A program made the position numbers and the translations under genes. Below, piece by piece: positions 50,736 through 63,183 of a stretch of DNA of 64,000 bases (position 1 is the stretch's first letter; every line of letters starts with the position of its first letter). Source of the stretch: Microthyrium microscopicum (Eukaryota). The notes beneath the pieces were generated by a model. The model was not told the DNA's origin and did not search any database. It worked only from the letters and a program-made list of their open reading frames with translations. The stretch lies in assembly GCA_010405405.1 (NCBI GenBank), contig MU004234.1:1453275-1517274 (forward strand). Reading direction: 5' to 3'.

Positions 50736-53083
50736 TGTTTCTTGTGCGATGGTTATGGCGTTGAGAAAGTTGATGATAGATCTGTAGATGTGGCTGTTCT
50801 TGATGTTGATGGACATTATGTTGGTTGTAGTTGCTGTTGAGCTTCACAGTGGTTTTATATCGGTAGTTATGCCGCATTTTCCGAGGAGAAGTGGAAGGCG
50901 GCATCGTTGCATTATTGAATAGGTGAAGTCACAGGCAGAGGTGACTGCTTCCCAATACGACCTCGTTTTACGTACTTTGATCCTTACTTGTTGTCAGCAT
51001 TGACAGGTTCAGTATTGGTTACTAAATTGCCAAGGTCACTGTGAGGGACATCTCCACGATCTCCGGTTGCTCAACATGGATAAAATAGGTGAAGAAACTG
51101 ACAAATACCGGGAACCCTGGGATTGAGGAAGACTCCAGTCGTGCTTAAGCAATATCAGGGGTCAATTAACAAAGTTTTGTGTTGCGGTTGAAGTCACAAG
51201 CACATTCAGGCGGTTGTTACTCGTGTAACTCCACAACCTAGCAACCCGGAAGAAACCTCTAGTAATTTTTAGATCCAACTCCGTCATTTGCCGAATAACG
51301 GAAACATGTTTAGTGCCCTGTGGTCAGTTGAAGCGCGGCTTTTTGATCTTCTCCAGGGTCAGACCAATTCCACTCCATACAGCCTTGAGACCTTCTAGGA
51401 GTGGGATAAAAATGGACTTTTAAAAAGTGATTTCAATAATGTTACTCTTCTAGAAAAGAACAATGATTGGGTCGGCATTGAGCCAATTACATTGGGAACT
51501 AAGCAAACTTCCTGCACGACAGTACTTCTTGTTAGGTGTTCGGAGCCGACAAGGCTGTATATGAGCACTAGTAGGTATTGCCATGATTAAGAGTAACAGA
51601 CGAGCAGATTGGCTTCGACGTTGGGAAGTGCGGAAAGGCGCAAGTGTCGTACGAGTATGGCCCTACATACTACTCCAACTTCCGCTGTAACCGAATTATT
51701 AGCAAGCTGTTTTTTGAGTGGATGCTGATTTAAAAATCTTCTATATATCTCCGCGGACTACATCGTTGAATCCAATTTACAATCTTCACCTCCATAAAAC
51801 TCGAACGTCTTTCAAATATTGAACTCACTCTATTGGATGCTCATTGGATGTTCAAACAAGCTTATCGTTCCCCTCGGCCGTTTCAAACGAATAATATCAT
51901 CAGCGTCACTTATACAAGAACAAGTTTGCGAAAAAACGAGCTCTTTAGTGTCAGATATCAAAGCTGCGGCTCCGATGTGTTGCTCTGCTTCATGTAGAGC
52001 AGCTGGCCGAAAAAGGCTCGCGGTTCTTATGATTGCCACAAGTGGACCTGATATATTGGTTATCACTCTTGAAGAGGTTGACAGGCTGCGTGATGATAAT
52101 GAATGTACTATAACTTTCTAGGGTGGTAAGACGACTCGTCGCCTTCCATTTGATGCAGTCTTCCCTTCGTTGCTTTATTGGGGACATAACTTTGCTATTT
52201 GGTTTGAAACTATCCTTCGAGAAACCATTCGGTGATTCTTTTAGATCGAAGAAATTGTTTTTTTTTGCTTGGCCACATCGCTCACCGAACTATTGGGTTT
52301 GGTGGGCATACTGTTGGTGCTGATATCTTGCCAGAACGACGATGAACGTCAAAAGACTCAAAAACTCTCATTATGCAACTGCAAGATGATTGTAGAAGTA
52401 TCAAATGACTAGATATGCTTCGTGCCTGTACATTCAGCTTTCACTCTTAATCAAATGCCGCACCGAAATAGCAGGTACTCCTGGGTCGGACCAATGGAGC
52501 TTGATAGCATCTGGCAGTTGTGCTTGTAGTAGCCTTTACTCTATTCCCAACTCTTTGATACCTCAAGGAAAGCTGTTCCAAGCTCAATATGTCTATCGTT
52601 TTACCGAGATACAAACATCGAAAAGCATCATGTGAAAGTTAAGAAGTGAAGATGTAAAATGTGGGGAGGCTTGTGACTGGCTGAAAGGGCAAATAACCTT
52701 GGTACAATCGCGGCATCGCCTTCCAGGATCAAGACGCCCTCCAGCGGAAAACAGCAACTTCAAGAAATCTCTGCCTCTCTCAATAATCACACTGTCCTTC
52801 TCGCCTCTCCAAATAACCAGCGACCTTTCGCCTTCTGGACTTGTTGAGTGTTGTAGACGACATTTCGAACATTCCTCGCTGCAACTAAAACCGACCAACA
52901 TCAGAAACACTCGCGGCAACCCGCAGCCAAAAAGCAATTCTCAGGCTTTTGCCAACCAGTCAAACCACCCCAAATCAGCGCACTGATTACAGAACGCAAC
53001 AGGCACTGAGACACAGAGTCAGAGGCGCATCGTTCAAGGCTTCAGAGCCGTCGACAGCCGCCTCAGGCAGTGCGCTCGGCGCC

Positions 53084-55009
53084 ATGCCACAAACTGACGC
53101 ATTGGACATAGTAGGTTCTGCTGGTCAACAGACGCGCAACTACAAACCAAACGACGACGACGACCATCACCAACCTACTCCTCCCTCTCATAGCGAAGAT
53201 GAAGGCGTCGTTCTCGCTCCAAAGACTCGTCCTCGCGAACCCGCCCACGCTACCGCCCAACCACAACGCTCAGCACTCGTGCAGAATCCCCGCCATGCAG
53301 TAAAACCCCATATTGGTCGAAGTACCTCCGCTGGGAAGAATCTGAACAAGCTTGGATTGAACCATGCAAATATGGCTCCCAGTGCTACCTCCTCCACCCC
53401 TCAGCGGCCAACTGCTCAGCGCGCCAATTCTCACACCGTCACCTCTCCTACAACTGCGAGCCCGCGCCCGTCCCATGCGGTGAAACGTAATACTTCCGGT
53501 TTCGTGGTGCCGCGAACCTCCTCCCATACCCACCTCAGGAAGAATCATTCAAGCGGGCACCTTCCACGTCAGCACTCGAGCAAGAATTTCTCTAAAGCTG
53601 CAGGTCGAGCTGGAGCACCATCGATGAAACGAACATCTTCACAAAAAAGCGAAGCTAGTCAAAAGAGCCTTACAACACCTACAGAAGAGCATCATCCCAC
53701 CGTGAGGTTTGATCTAGGGACCACGACTACACTGGGTGATGATGTTGATGAAGATAACGAATGGACTGAAGATAGTACCTCAATTTCGCCTGCCACAACA
53801 CGCGATCATACGCGCCAAAACTCCGTCATATTAAATAACCCGCTGCAGGCTCGCAGCCAGCAACAGCAAGCAGAAGGATCGCAAAGGCCTCAAGTCAGAG
53901 CTTCGCAAATGGAATCGCAATCAAACCATACACCAGAACCTACGAATATCCGACGAAACAATTCAAGCCATAGTATATTGACACCTGACGCCATTACATC
54001 ACGACTTCTGATGCGGACTCCAACGTTGAATACCGCACAAACTTTGAACGTTACAGCTGTGGGTACACCAACTCATAGCAATGTATCGCAAAGTCCAATA
54101 TCCATAATTCATGAAATCGAATCAAGTGGCAGCGGTGGCCGTGATTTAGTCTCAAGATTTCTGGCAGGAGGCAACTCTCATGGAGCAGCACATGCGGAAC
54201 TCTTAGGCCGAAACGTCATAGAACGCGACTCGCGGCAGAGTTCCATTGACCAAGACTCTGACAACGAAAATTCCAAGCTCCTGGATTCACACCGACGCAA
54301 CAAGTCCTCTCCTAACGTAGCCGTCAAGTCCAGAAACCACACACCAAACGTCCTTCTTCCACCATCACGAACATCGCAAAAGTTGGAGCTCCAACGGGCT
54401 TCAACTCTCGTCGAGCCATCCCGCAAGATACCAGTCGTGCCTAGTAGGCCAACCGCACCCTTGATCCTCAGCTCAACAATCAACAACTTCGGCGAAGAAG
54501 GTTCCATCCCCGCACAGATCCAAGGTCTCTTTGCTCAAATTGACAAAGAGTACGAAGTCATCCGACGATTTCGACGACCAGTTGAAGATTCGTTCCGCCG
54601 AATCGAACAACGCCATGGTCCCATTGAGTCTCTTGTGAAAGGTAAAGCGCCCGCCACAACAGCTCATACGAACCATCAAGCGAATCTTCAAGCGCCTGGT
54701 AGTCCACACCCTGACCAAAGTCGACCAGGCAGTCAACGCACCCTCTCCAATCAACCAAGTCTAGAACTTCGCTACTCCAAACCCAACGCTCGCGAAAACC
54801 CGGCCACCAACAGTAACAGCGCTGGCGGCTCGGAAATTGCGGCACCAGAACATATTAACCAACGACGCTCGCGTGTGTCGTTCGAACTACCACCGAAACA
54901 GCCAGAGCGGGAAGAGGAACGACCGAGAAATGTGGATCCAGCGCGTGAGGAAGCGCTGGAGGTGTGTAGAAGGATGTGGGATTTGTCACATATGGGCGAG
55001 ACGGCATAG
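53084..55009 (+). CDS. TCO89: TORC1 subunit Tco89-like protein
   Basis: Long low-complexity S/R-rich protein with SRTSQKLELQR and KEYEVIRRFRRPV blocks resembling the TCO89 domain (from memory). First in-frame ATG is at 53084; the ORF-track start is TTG. Confidence 0.65.
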   Translation: MPQTDALDIVGSAGQQTRNYKPNDDDDHHQPTPPSHSEDEGVVLAPKTRPREPAHATAQPQRSALVQNPRHAVKPHIGRSTSAGKNLNKLGLNHANMAPSATSSTPQRPTAQRANSHTVTSPTTASPRPSHAVKRNTSGFVVPRTSSHTHLRKNHSSGHLPRQHSSKNFSKAAGRAGAPSMKRTSSQKSEASQKSLTTPTEEHHPTVRFDLGTTTTLGDDVDEDNEWTEDSTSISPATTRDHTRQNSVILNNPLQARSQQQQAEGSQRPQVRASQMESQSNHTPEPTNIRRNNSSHSILTPDAITSRLLMRTPTLNTAQTLNVTAVGTPTHSNVSQSPISIIHEIESSGSGGRDLVSRFLAGGNSHGAAHAELLGRNVIERDSRQSSIDQDSDNENSKLLDSHRRNKSSPNVAVKSRNHTPNVLLPPSRTSQKLELQRASTLVEPSRKIPVVPSRPTAPLILSSTINNFGEEGSIPAQIQGLFAQIDKEYEVIRRFRRPVEDSFRRIEQRHGPIESLVKGKAPATTAHTNHQANLQAPGSPHPDQSRPGSQRTLSNQPSLELRYSKPNARENPATNSNSAGGSEIAAPEHINQRRSRVSFELPPKQPEREEERPRNVDPAREEALEVCRRMWDLSHMGETA

Positions 55010-55261
55010 CCAAGGCGTTTGTTTATCTAGGTTTTTCTTCTTGACGAAAGATAACGGCCTCTAAGATCGTTCATGGGTGGATAGTCATTGCATGTCATCG
55101 TACATACGGCGATCAGAAATGGGATTGGCATGGGATTGCGGAGCTTGTGCTTAAATGGGGAGTAATAGCAATGTGAATTTCTTTGCATGCGATAGGATGT
55201 CGTTTATGTGCTCGTTCTATCAATCTCGTGGATACGGTGTCTGCACTCCTTGTTCGAAGCC

Positions 55262-55796
55262 TCAGTGTCTCTTGCTGTGGATCTGTCCTTCTAGTCTTTC
55301 CTCAACGGGCTTTAGCAGGTTTCGAAGCTTTTGGCGGATTAAGCAGATCCATCTAGTACCAATTAGGAGCAATAATGAAATGTTGCCAACTAGAAGAATC
55401 AGTAAAATTGATATTGCAGCCAACGTTACGCAGTAAGTCCAGTAACCAAAATTCCTAATTTTTCTGATAGCCAGCTTGCCAGGGGCTTGCAAAAGCCTTC
55501 TGAGTGATGTCGAAAATAGTGCCATCGAGCCCACCAAGAGGAAGGCTTTATCTGGTGTTAGCTTAAAGATTTTGTGGTCTCCATGTGGATAGGAAGGATC
55601 AAGACAGCTTACTGTTGTGCCGCGATTTGTGCTTTGGCGATTCAAAGGGAGTAGACGTATAGCCCGTGTTCTCAGCCTGATCGGCCGCAAGAGTGATCGA
55701 GGCATAGGTAGCATATGGTAAGTTATTATTTAGGTCTCTGAGTATGTGTGCCCAGGCACCTTCTCGAATATATAGAGACCGACTTTCCCAATGCAT
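55262..55796 (-). CDS. Small hypothetical membrane protein, 2 exons
   Basis: Intron 55552-55612 (GTAAGC...GCTAAC...CAG) joins two ORFs in frame; hydrophobic C-terminal helix. Confidence 0.55.
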
Positions 55797-56204
55797 AATG
55801 TTGGTGGTAAGTGAGAGATGCAGATTTGTTCTTTGGCCGAGTGAAGTGAAAGGACTCTAATCAAAGACTGCAGCACAAACTTAATCATGCCGAGAGACTT
55901 GAGTAGGATGAGCAGTCAACCCCAGAGCAGCGGTAGGCTTTGATTGGCCGTCATCTTGAGCAGACCAGGCTGAATCGAATGACTACATGGCGAAAGGATC
56001 CCAATTGGGTGTCTTCAAGCTCTACTGTGCATAAGCCGAGTAGCCTCGTAGAGGCCGCATCCCCATCTTCTGCACCGCCGCCTCAATTCCACAGCTCACT
56101 TCTGTTATCTCATCAGCTTGTCCGCGCGGCAAATACCTTAATAACAGCTACGACTCCCGTTTGGATAGCTTCAACAACAGTGTGTCGAATATGTATGCTA
56201 GCTC

Positions 56205-58478
56205 ATGTTTCTTGATATTGTGAAGGCTAAACTTAACTTAACCAGGAAAAGCCTAGGATTCTTTTGCTCTCCTAGAGTCTTTCCACCTTTTCATCAAGTC
56301 ATGAATACAGGCTGCGTGAATGCCAAAACTACAGAGGACAAGAAAATTCATCTTTGCAAACGGTGCAAAACAATCAAGCTCAAAATAACTCTTGTTTTGG
56401 ACAACATACAATCAACTCTACAAGCAGTTGCCAACAACAAGGAAATAATCAAGTGGATCAGTGATCTAGGGGCTCTCAACGACCGGCCAAATGCATCCTC
56501 CTGCTCGCTCTGTAAGGTGCTCCTCCAAGTCCCGCGGCCGGGACACTACGGAGGAGGTTCGTACCCCAAAGATGAAACGTACTTCTTAGCCATATCTCTG
56601 GGACGGTACTATCTGATGCATGATATAAAGCTCAGGATAATGAGGATACCTGGAAAGGATGAGGACGTACCTTGGAGCACAGCTGGTCCTATTCCAGATC
56701 CCCATCCAGATTTAGGCCAAATTTGTCCAACAAACGGCGTTTTTTGCTTATCTTCACCGAATGATGACCAAAAGCTGCAAGTTGGTAAAGTTGGCGAGTC
56801 CTGGGATCTTCCGTTGCTGAAACGGTGGCTCCAGGAGTGTCGGGTTGGTCACAGTTGCGGTCTCACATATCCTCTGGCCAAAGGAGAACTTACTGTTCCG
56901 TCATCTGTAATAGACTGCATCTCGCAGAAACTAGTTCGTTACACTGCAAGTGAGGATTACATAGCGCTGAGCTATGTTTGGGGACAAGAAATCATGAAGA
57001 ATGGTTCATTAGCAGACCCCCCAAGAACAATCAAGGACGCAATTTGTGTTACAAGAGCTTTGGGTCTAAGATATCTATGGGTTGATAGATACTGCATTAC
57101 TGCATCACATAAAGATACTGCTTATGGTCAAATCAAACGAATGGACGAGGTATACGGAAAAGCCCTTCTGACGATTGTGGCTTTGGGAGACAATCCGTCT
57201 GTCGGACTTCCAGGCGTAAACGGCAAATTGAGAAACTTTCAACCTTCTTTCAGAGTACGGAATGAAGACTTTAGATTCACTTTTGGAAATCCTTCCTGCC
57301 TTATTGGTCAATCCAAATGGGCTCAGAGAGCATGGACTTTCCAGGAGGAGTTTCTTTCCAGAAGGATTGTCTATTTCGGCGAGGATCAAATGTACTTCAA
57401 TTGCTTACAAATGGATCGCTGTGAGGTATTTCCAATATCCAACCCATGGGTGCAAGACGCCCAAAGGCGCACTCGCAGAAGAGACTTGGATGTTGACACA
57501 ATATGGAGACACATACAGGAATACTCGAAAAGAGAGTTGACTAAACATTCAGATATCTTGAATGCTTTTCTAGGTATCTTCCACTATTACCAAACATCAT
57601 CTACGATTCGCCATTACTGGGGAATTCCCTTCAATACCAATAAGCCTGTAGGCAATGACGAGCTCATTAATTTGCCTGACGGGGTAGATCAAGGCAGAGT
57701 CAACATCAAAGATTTCTTGTCAGGATTGCAATGGCAGAAATCAAAGGAGTCATTCCGGCGGTTAGGATTCCCGAGTTGGAGTTGGACAGGGTGGCAAGGA
57801 GGTTACATCGGAAATACTGACACTACCAATCCAGGTCAGTTTGGTCAAGACATAGGTCGTCGGGACATAGGTCATGTCTGGATTGAGCGAATTGATGGCA
57901 CCTTGACAACACTAGATGAGCTACGGGGATCCGAAGGTTTCGATTTCATACCCTCAAGCCTGACTCACTTTATCCACCTCGATTCCTGGGTTACGCAACT
58001 TGTGTTCTTACCTCGAGAAGACACCTCGTTCGATGGCGAAAGGTTTGCCATTGCATTCCAAACAGTTGACGGCGGCTACGTACAACTTGATTCAGAACGC
58101 GTGGACTTGACCTCAAGCTTTTCTTGGTCAAACCCGTTGAGATACTTCGCAGTCTTACTTGTTAATCCTGCATTGGCGGTTGCAAATAGTGCTGTTTACC
58201 CAATTATTATCCATGATCTAGGCTTCGAGGGTTCGCTAGGATCCAAACCACTTTCAGAGTTTTCTTCGGAGCGCGTAGGAAGCATGATAATCTATAGCAC
58301 AGAGATTGAAGAGGCGGCTAGTGAACCTAAGGATTCCGATGGCGAGAAATTGGCTGGCTCAGACATTAGCCGGATGAGCACGAAATCACTTGCTCCGTCT
58401 AAAACCAAGCAAAAGTATCTGGTTACCGACGAACTTTTGAGTGTATGCTGGGAAAGGCAATTCTTTCGATTACAATAG
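56205..58478 (+). CDS. Heterokaryon incompatibility (HET) domain protein
   Basis: YIALSYVWG, PRTIKDAI, YLWVDRYCI, QIKRMDEVY, WAQRAWTFQE, FPSWSWTGW; the start may be Met at 56301. Confidence 0.93.
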   Translation: MFLDIVKAKLNLTRKSLGFFCSPRVFPPFHQVMNTGCVNAKTTEDKKIHLCKRCKTIKLKITLVLDNIQSTLQAVANNKEIIKWISDLGALNDRPNASSCSLCKVLLQVPRPGHYGGGSYPKDETYFLAISLGRYYLMHDIKLRIMRIPGKDEDVPWSTAGPIPDPHPDLGQICPTNGVFCLSSPNDDQKLQVGKVGESWDLPLLKRWLQECRVGHSCGLTYPLAKGELTVPSSVIDCISQKLVRYTASEDYIALSYVWGQEIMKNGSLADPPRTIKDAICVTRALGLRYLWVDRYCITASHKDTAYGQIKRMDEVYGKALLTIVALGDNPSVGLPGVNGKLRNFQPSFRVRNEDFRFTFGNPSCLIGQSKWAQRAWTFQEEFLSRRIVYFGEDQMYFNCLQMDRCEVFPISNPWVQDAQRRTRRRDLDVDTIWRHIQEYSKRELTKHSDILNAFLGIFHYYQTSSTIRHYWGIPFNTNKPVGNDELINLPDGVDQGRVNIKDFLSGLQWQKSKESFRRLGFPSWSWTGWQGGYIGNTDTTNPGQFGQDIGRRDIGHVWIERIDGTLTTLDELRGSEGFDFIPSSLTHFIHLDSWVTQLVFLPREDTSFDGERFAIAFQTVDGGYVQLDSERVDLTSSFSWSNPLRYFAVLLVNPALAVANSAVYPIIIHDLGFEGSLGSKPLSEFSSERVGSMIIYSTEIEEAASEPKDSDGEKLAGSDISRMSTKSLAPSKTKQKYLVTDELLSVCWERQFFRLQ

Positions 58479-59238
58479 CTTATCTCATGCATTATAATTC
58501 GAGCTGAGGATGACCACATGTTAGTGAGAATTTTTCGGTTGATGTATGTTTAGAGAAGTTGAACGGCATCAAAGGTTAGATTACAAGTCTGATCCGCTGG
58601 AAAGATAATGAACTCGTGGCAACTGAGCTAACTTTGTGTTTCACCATCTTCTTAAATAGATATTTGGACCTACCGTACTATAAAGTCAATCAGCAGCTCG
58701 AAGCAACATCAAGCTTATCATATACAAAAAAGAGTTCACCGATCAAACAATTGCGAAGAGCAAACAAGACGAAGCATAATGCAATATATAAAAAACGCCT
58801 TGCAAGCGAACAAGGAGGCTACTCTACTTATGCCTTATTGGAGACAAATATACATACACATCTAACGCTCAAAGCCTAGCAAACTACACCAGCACTCGCA
58901 GCAAGACAATGATATCAAAAGATTTGTATTCAACATCTACCCACCCCCCGTAAAAACTTTTTACGCCAACGCTAGCTATCCCAATCATCCAGCGCCAGCA
59001 GTTGAGGAGTATAAAGCGAGCAAAAAGCGTATAATCAACAAATCCAATCTAATTGACCAAGCCAACCCAGGCCCAGCCAGCGAAGCAATAGCGTCCCAAC
59101 ACCCAAAGTATACAATCGCCGCCCGTACCGTGCCGAGCAAATACCAGCCGGTATAGATACAAATTTACTCTAAAACAAAGAAACCGTGAGATTTTAATTC
59201 AATTTCTATCACTTCTTTCCAAACTGACGTCTGGAGGT

Positions 59239-62115
59239 TTAGCGCCAGCCAGCGCCTCCGCGACCACCGCGGAAACTCCCGCCTTCTTCAAGACTACGGC
59301 GTGAATCCATATCGCTGAGCTCAAAGATGAGGTTCTCTTCTTCGCCTAGTGTGGTCGAATTGCGCCCACTCGGGCCTCGTGCCGAACCTCCGCGTTCAGC
59401 CGTTTGTGAGCGTTGGGGGTCAACTTGTGACGATGATGAAGGCGAATATGACTGGCCGAGTGACGGGGTTGTGCGGCGACTTAAGCTTCCCCTTGAGCGA
59501 CGAGTGAAGAGACCATGAGAAGATGGGTCTGCGGTGGTAGAGTAAACGCGAGGTTGGAGATCTGGCCCCGATTCTGCGGGTGAGGGGTCTTCTGATGATT
59601 GATTGAGTGATTGATTGGGGTCATCAATCTTTTCATCGGAAGCGGTTTGATCGAGGGAGGGACGGTCCGTGGCTAGGTCGGCGAGAGAAAGCTCCCGGTC
59701 GTCCGGTAGGCTGTAGGGGCGATGAGGACCATATTCGATTTGGTCTTCTGTAGTGCTTCGCTGATGTCTCGTGCTGGAAATGCTACGACGGAAGGTCCAT
59801 GGCTGAGGGGAATGCGGGATGGCAATGGGATAAGTGCCGTGGTCGGTATCGTGAGCTGTTTCAGTGGTAGCTTCATCTGCGGGCGGATCTCGGGATCGTT
59901 CGCGGGTAGACTGACGACTGCGTCGAGGCGTTGAATAGTCGGCGATGCTGTTAGCGCTTAGTCGTGATGGAATGGGAGGGTAATGAGGTGTATGTGGAGA
60001 TATTGGTTTTCCGATGGAACTTCCGGGCGAGATTGATGTTCCGGGTATCATGGTGGGGACTTTGTCTATTTGGCGGCTTGATGAACTCGATGACCGGTTC
60101 AAGACAAGTGATGACGACAACGAATCTGATAGTACAGCATTGCTATCTTTCATGCGTTGGTATTTTGACAATGCCGCAGTTGTGCGTCTCATGGCATTAT
60201 CTCTAGATGTAGAGTCGTTCTTAGTGAAGCTTTTAAGCTCTTTCTTAGCTTCCAGAAGCTTCAAAAAGTCTTGAAGATTTTCATCGTCCGTCTGTTGGGT
60301 TGAGCCAGACCCTTCGCCACGACCATCATTTAGGACATCGGAGCCAACTCGAGTAGACGACGAAGGGCTAGGCTTTCCACTGCTTCTATCTTCTTCTCTA
60401 CTCGCACCAGATGACATTCTGCTTTTGCGGTAATTGAAACTGCTTGAGAATTTGGCAATTGGAGCAGGCTTTGGCGAACTCGAGGTTGAAGATGCGACAG
60501 CCAAGTCATTCTGTAAATTTGGAGCACGAAGAATGGCCTGTGGTAATGTTGTCATGGATGGTCTAGATCTATGTGACATTGCTGCTGGCCGATTGCTTTG
60601 GCTCAGAGGCGACGAGGCTATATGCATTCCAGATGCTGGAGATGAAGCTAGAGAACCAGCTTTGAACGGTTGAAAGGATACTGAAGGACGACGTTGATGC
60701 ATGCCATCGTTTGATCGAAGAGATGATCTTGAACTGTTGTCTTGTCGTTGAGAGGGAAGCATCTTTATTGGGGGTGAGCTGGGCGATCCGGCATCTGTCA
60801 CGGCTCGCAGAGCGGATATTGGACTAGATGATGGTTTTGGGCCAGTAGTGTGAAATGTTGACAGACTGCCATAAGCTTGACCTTGTTCTTCATCGTCAAG
60901 TTGCAAGCCCTTCTTCGAGGCGGGTGCAGACCCGGCAATCTGATTGGAATCGCTAGCTGTTCTACCAGTCCAAGATGGTCGAAAGTAATCGTCTCCAGAT
61001 CTCATGAAATGTGAGCTTAACAGGGCCTCGGAATCATCTAACCGGAAATCGCAGTTTGATCTGAACACCACTGACGCATGAAGAATGCCGGCGGGGCATT
61101 GAAGTGGGCCAAATGAGAAACGATCGAGCACGTTCTTCTGGTGTGGATACAGAACTGTCTCAAGCGAATCATTTCTTACAGCAGGAAGCTGGCCACTGAG
61201 AATACGATATTTTAGCTTAAGTTGTTGCGATGCAGGACTACTGGAACTTTGTCTCATAATTGTCCGATAGTACTTCCAAGCTGGTAAAAGTCTGGCCTGA
61301 GAATAGAGCGATCTGAAAATCGGTATTCCTTTTTTGTAGACATTGGACAGCATGTCTGCATCAGGGCGCGAGTCCATAGATGCTATGTCTTCCATGGAGA
61401 ATTGCCAACGTTCTACAACGAGTGGTCGTTCATCCACTGCTCCATCTGAATTTGGGATTCCTCTTCGTGGCGAGGGTATTGAATCCAGCACATCCCATCG
61501 CTTGCCAGATTCATCTTGTAGAACTAAGCTCTTGCCCTTTGTGAGTTCTGATAGGTCGAGGTAGACTTCGATGGTCATTGTCTTAGGGACTCCAGTTTCT
61601 ATGTCAAGGGCTCTCCATCGGGAAGTCTGTCGGTTTAGCTGCTCCGAATCATCTAGAACGAGGTTAAACTAGGTATATTAGCTTCATGTGCATAAGACGG
61701 TCTCATGCAGGAGGCCTTACCCATTTGTTCTGCTTTACCGCTCCAGATCTGTTTCTAAAAGGTGGTAACGAAAGCCGTGATGACACCACAGTAAGGGCGC
61801 CTTTGACGAAGAATTGCTAGTTTGTGGTTAGCATACGATCATATATCTAGCTAGAGTATGGCGTACCTGAATGATCTGGTTCAGACGCTGTGTCTCACGA
61901 GCCTGTTCAGCGGATCTATCGTCCATGCTTTGGGAGCCACTAAGATCACTTTCACTATCTTGTATAGCTCGTTGTGTGGGCATGGCAGGATCAGTTGTTG
62001 ATTGCCTTCGTTCGGGCATTTCTTCCCGGTCGTTGTTGGATCGTACTGGATTTGTTCTGGCGGATGTAGCAGCAGAGCTCATGGCTCTAGCTGTACTTCG
62101 TGGCGGGGGATACAT
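59239..62115 (-). CDS. ATG13: Autophagy-related protein 13 (N-terminal HORMA domain plus disordered tail)
   Basis: RLNQIIQ|QFFVKGA, QNKW|FNL, IEVYLD, VVERW, VYKKGIPIFRSLY, LLPAWK; introns 61817-61866 and 61669-61720. Confidence 0.92.
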
Positions 62116-63183
62116 GTTGAATGTGTTTGGCACCGGTCAAGGTACGAATAAGTCGAATAAGGAGGGAGATGGGAGATGAAGAGGCGGCAAGGGAGGTAGG
62201 GATAGGACGCTGGGGTGGGCTATGACGGAGATAGAGTGAGTTGACGAGCCATTCCGAAGACGGAGACTTGTTGTAGATGGCTGCTCTCGAGATGGAAGAG
62301 ACAAGAAAGGATCGCTCAAGGCCAGAGAAGCAAAGGGATCAGGCAGCAGTCATGATGGAGGTGGACAGAAAGTGATGTCTTGAAGTTGTTGCGGAGATAA
62401 CCAGCGCCTCGACGAGCGAGCTATGTCAGGGTTCAAGCTATAACTAGGCTGAGCCGCAGGGACAAGTAGGCAATGCGGGGGTACGGGGGCTGAGAAAAGA
62501 GAAATGGATGGAGTAGGAGGATGGCAATGGGCGGTGATGGAATGAGTGGTGAGAGGTAGATGTAGAAGATTTGGGGGATGAAGTTGGAGAATTGGAGAAA
62601 GATAGAAAGGGCGATGAGCAATGATGGCAGGCAGAATGGCAGATGGACCTTTGATGGTGGATTTAATGGGGGAAGTGCAGCCAGCAACAGGACCATCCCT
62701 GCAACCTCTAGCCGTTGCTTTAGTGAGTAGTCCTTGGTAGTCGTCTGCACAGTGCAAGTACCAGAGTCTACAGCAACCACTTCACCAATCCTAAATCCAA
62801 CCAAGCATTTCCCACGATTCAAAAGTGATGCGAAGAGACGTCAACAAAGTGACGACGATGAGATGATCAGAGCTATTCGGTGTCACGCAGCACAACAGAA
62901 AGGATCCCCACCAGACTCTACCATCAGCATCATTCAGTCACCCAAGTCTCAAGACTCAGACAAATTTAAAGTACGACTCATTCTAAGATATTACTATCTT
63001 GCTCCTATCTACCCTCGTGCTAGCCTCCTTTTTTGATACTACACTACCTAGAAGCAGTTGATGACTGTACCATTCAGAGCTGCAGCTGCCGCAATGCCGC
63101 GGTCATGGCCTGTCTCGGCGTTTACATGCTAAACTAGCCCAAGAAGAGACGAGCGATTGATCAAAAGACGTGATCATGCTTGA

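Noticed and set aside
51600..52330. Possible decayed gene on the minus strand
   Set aside because: Only short frames with several stops and no recognisable motif; cannot be supported without a homology search.
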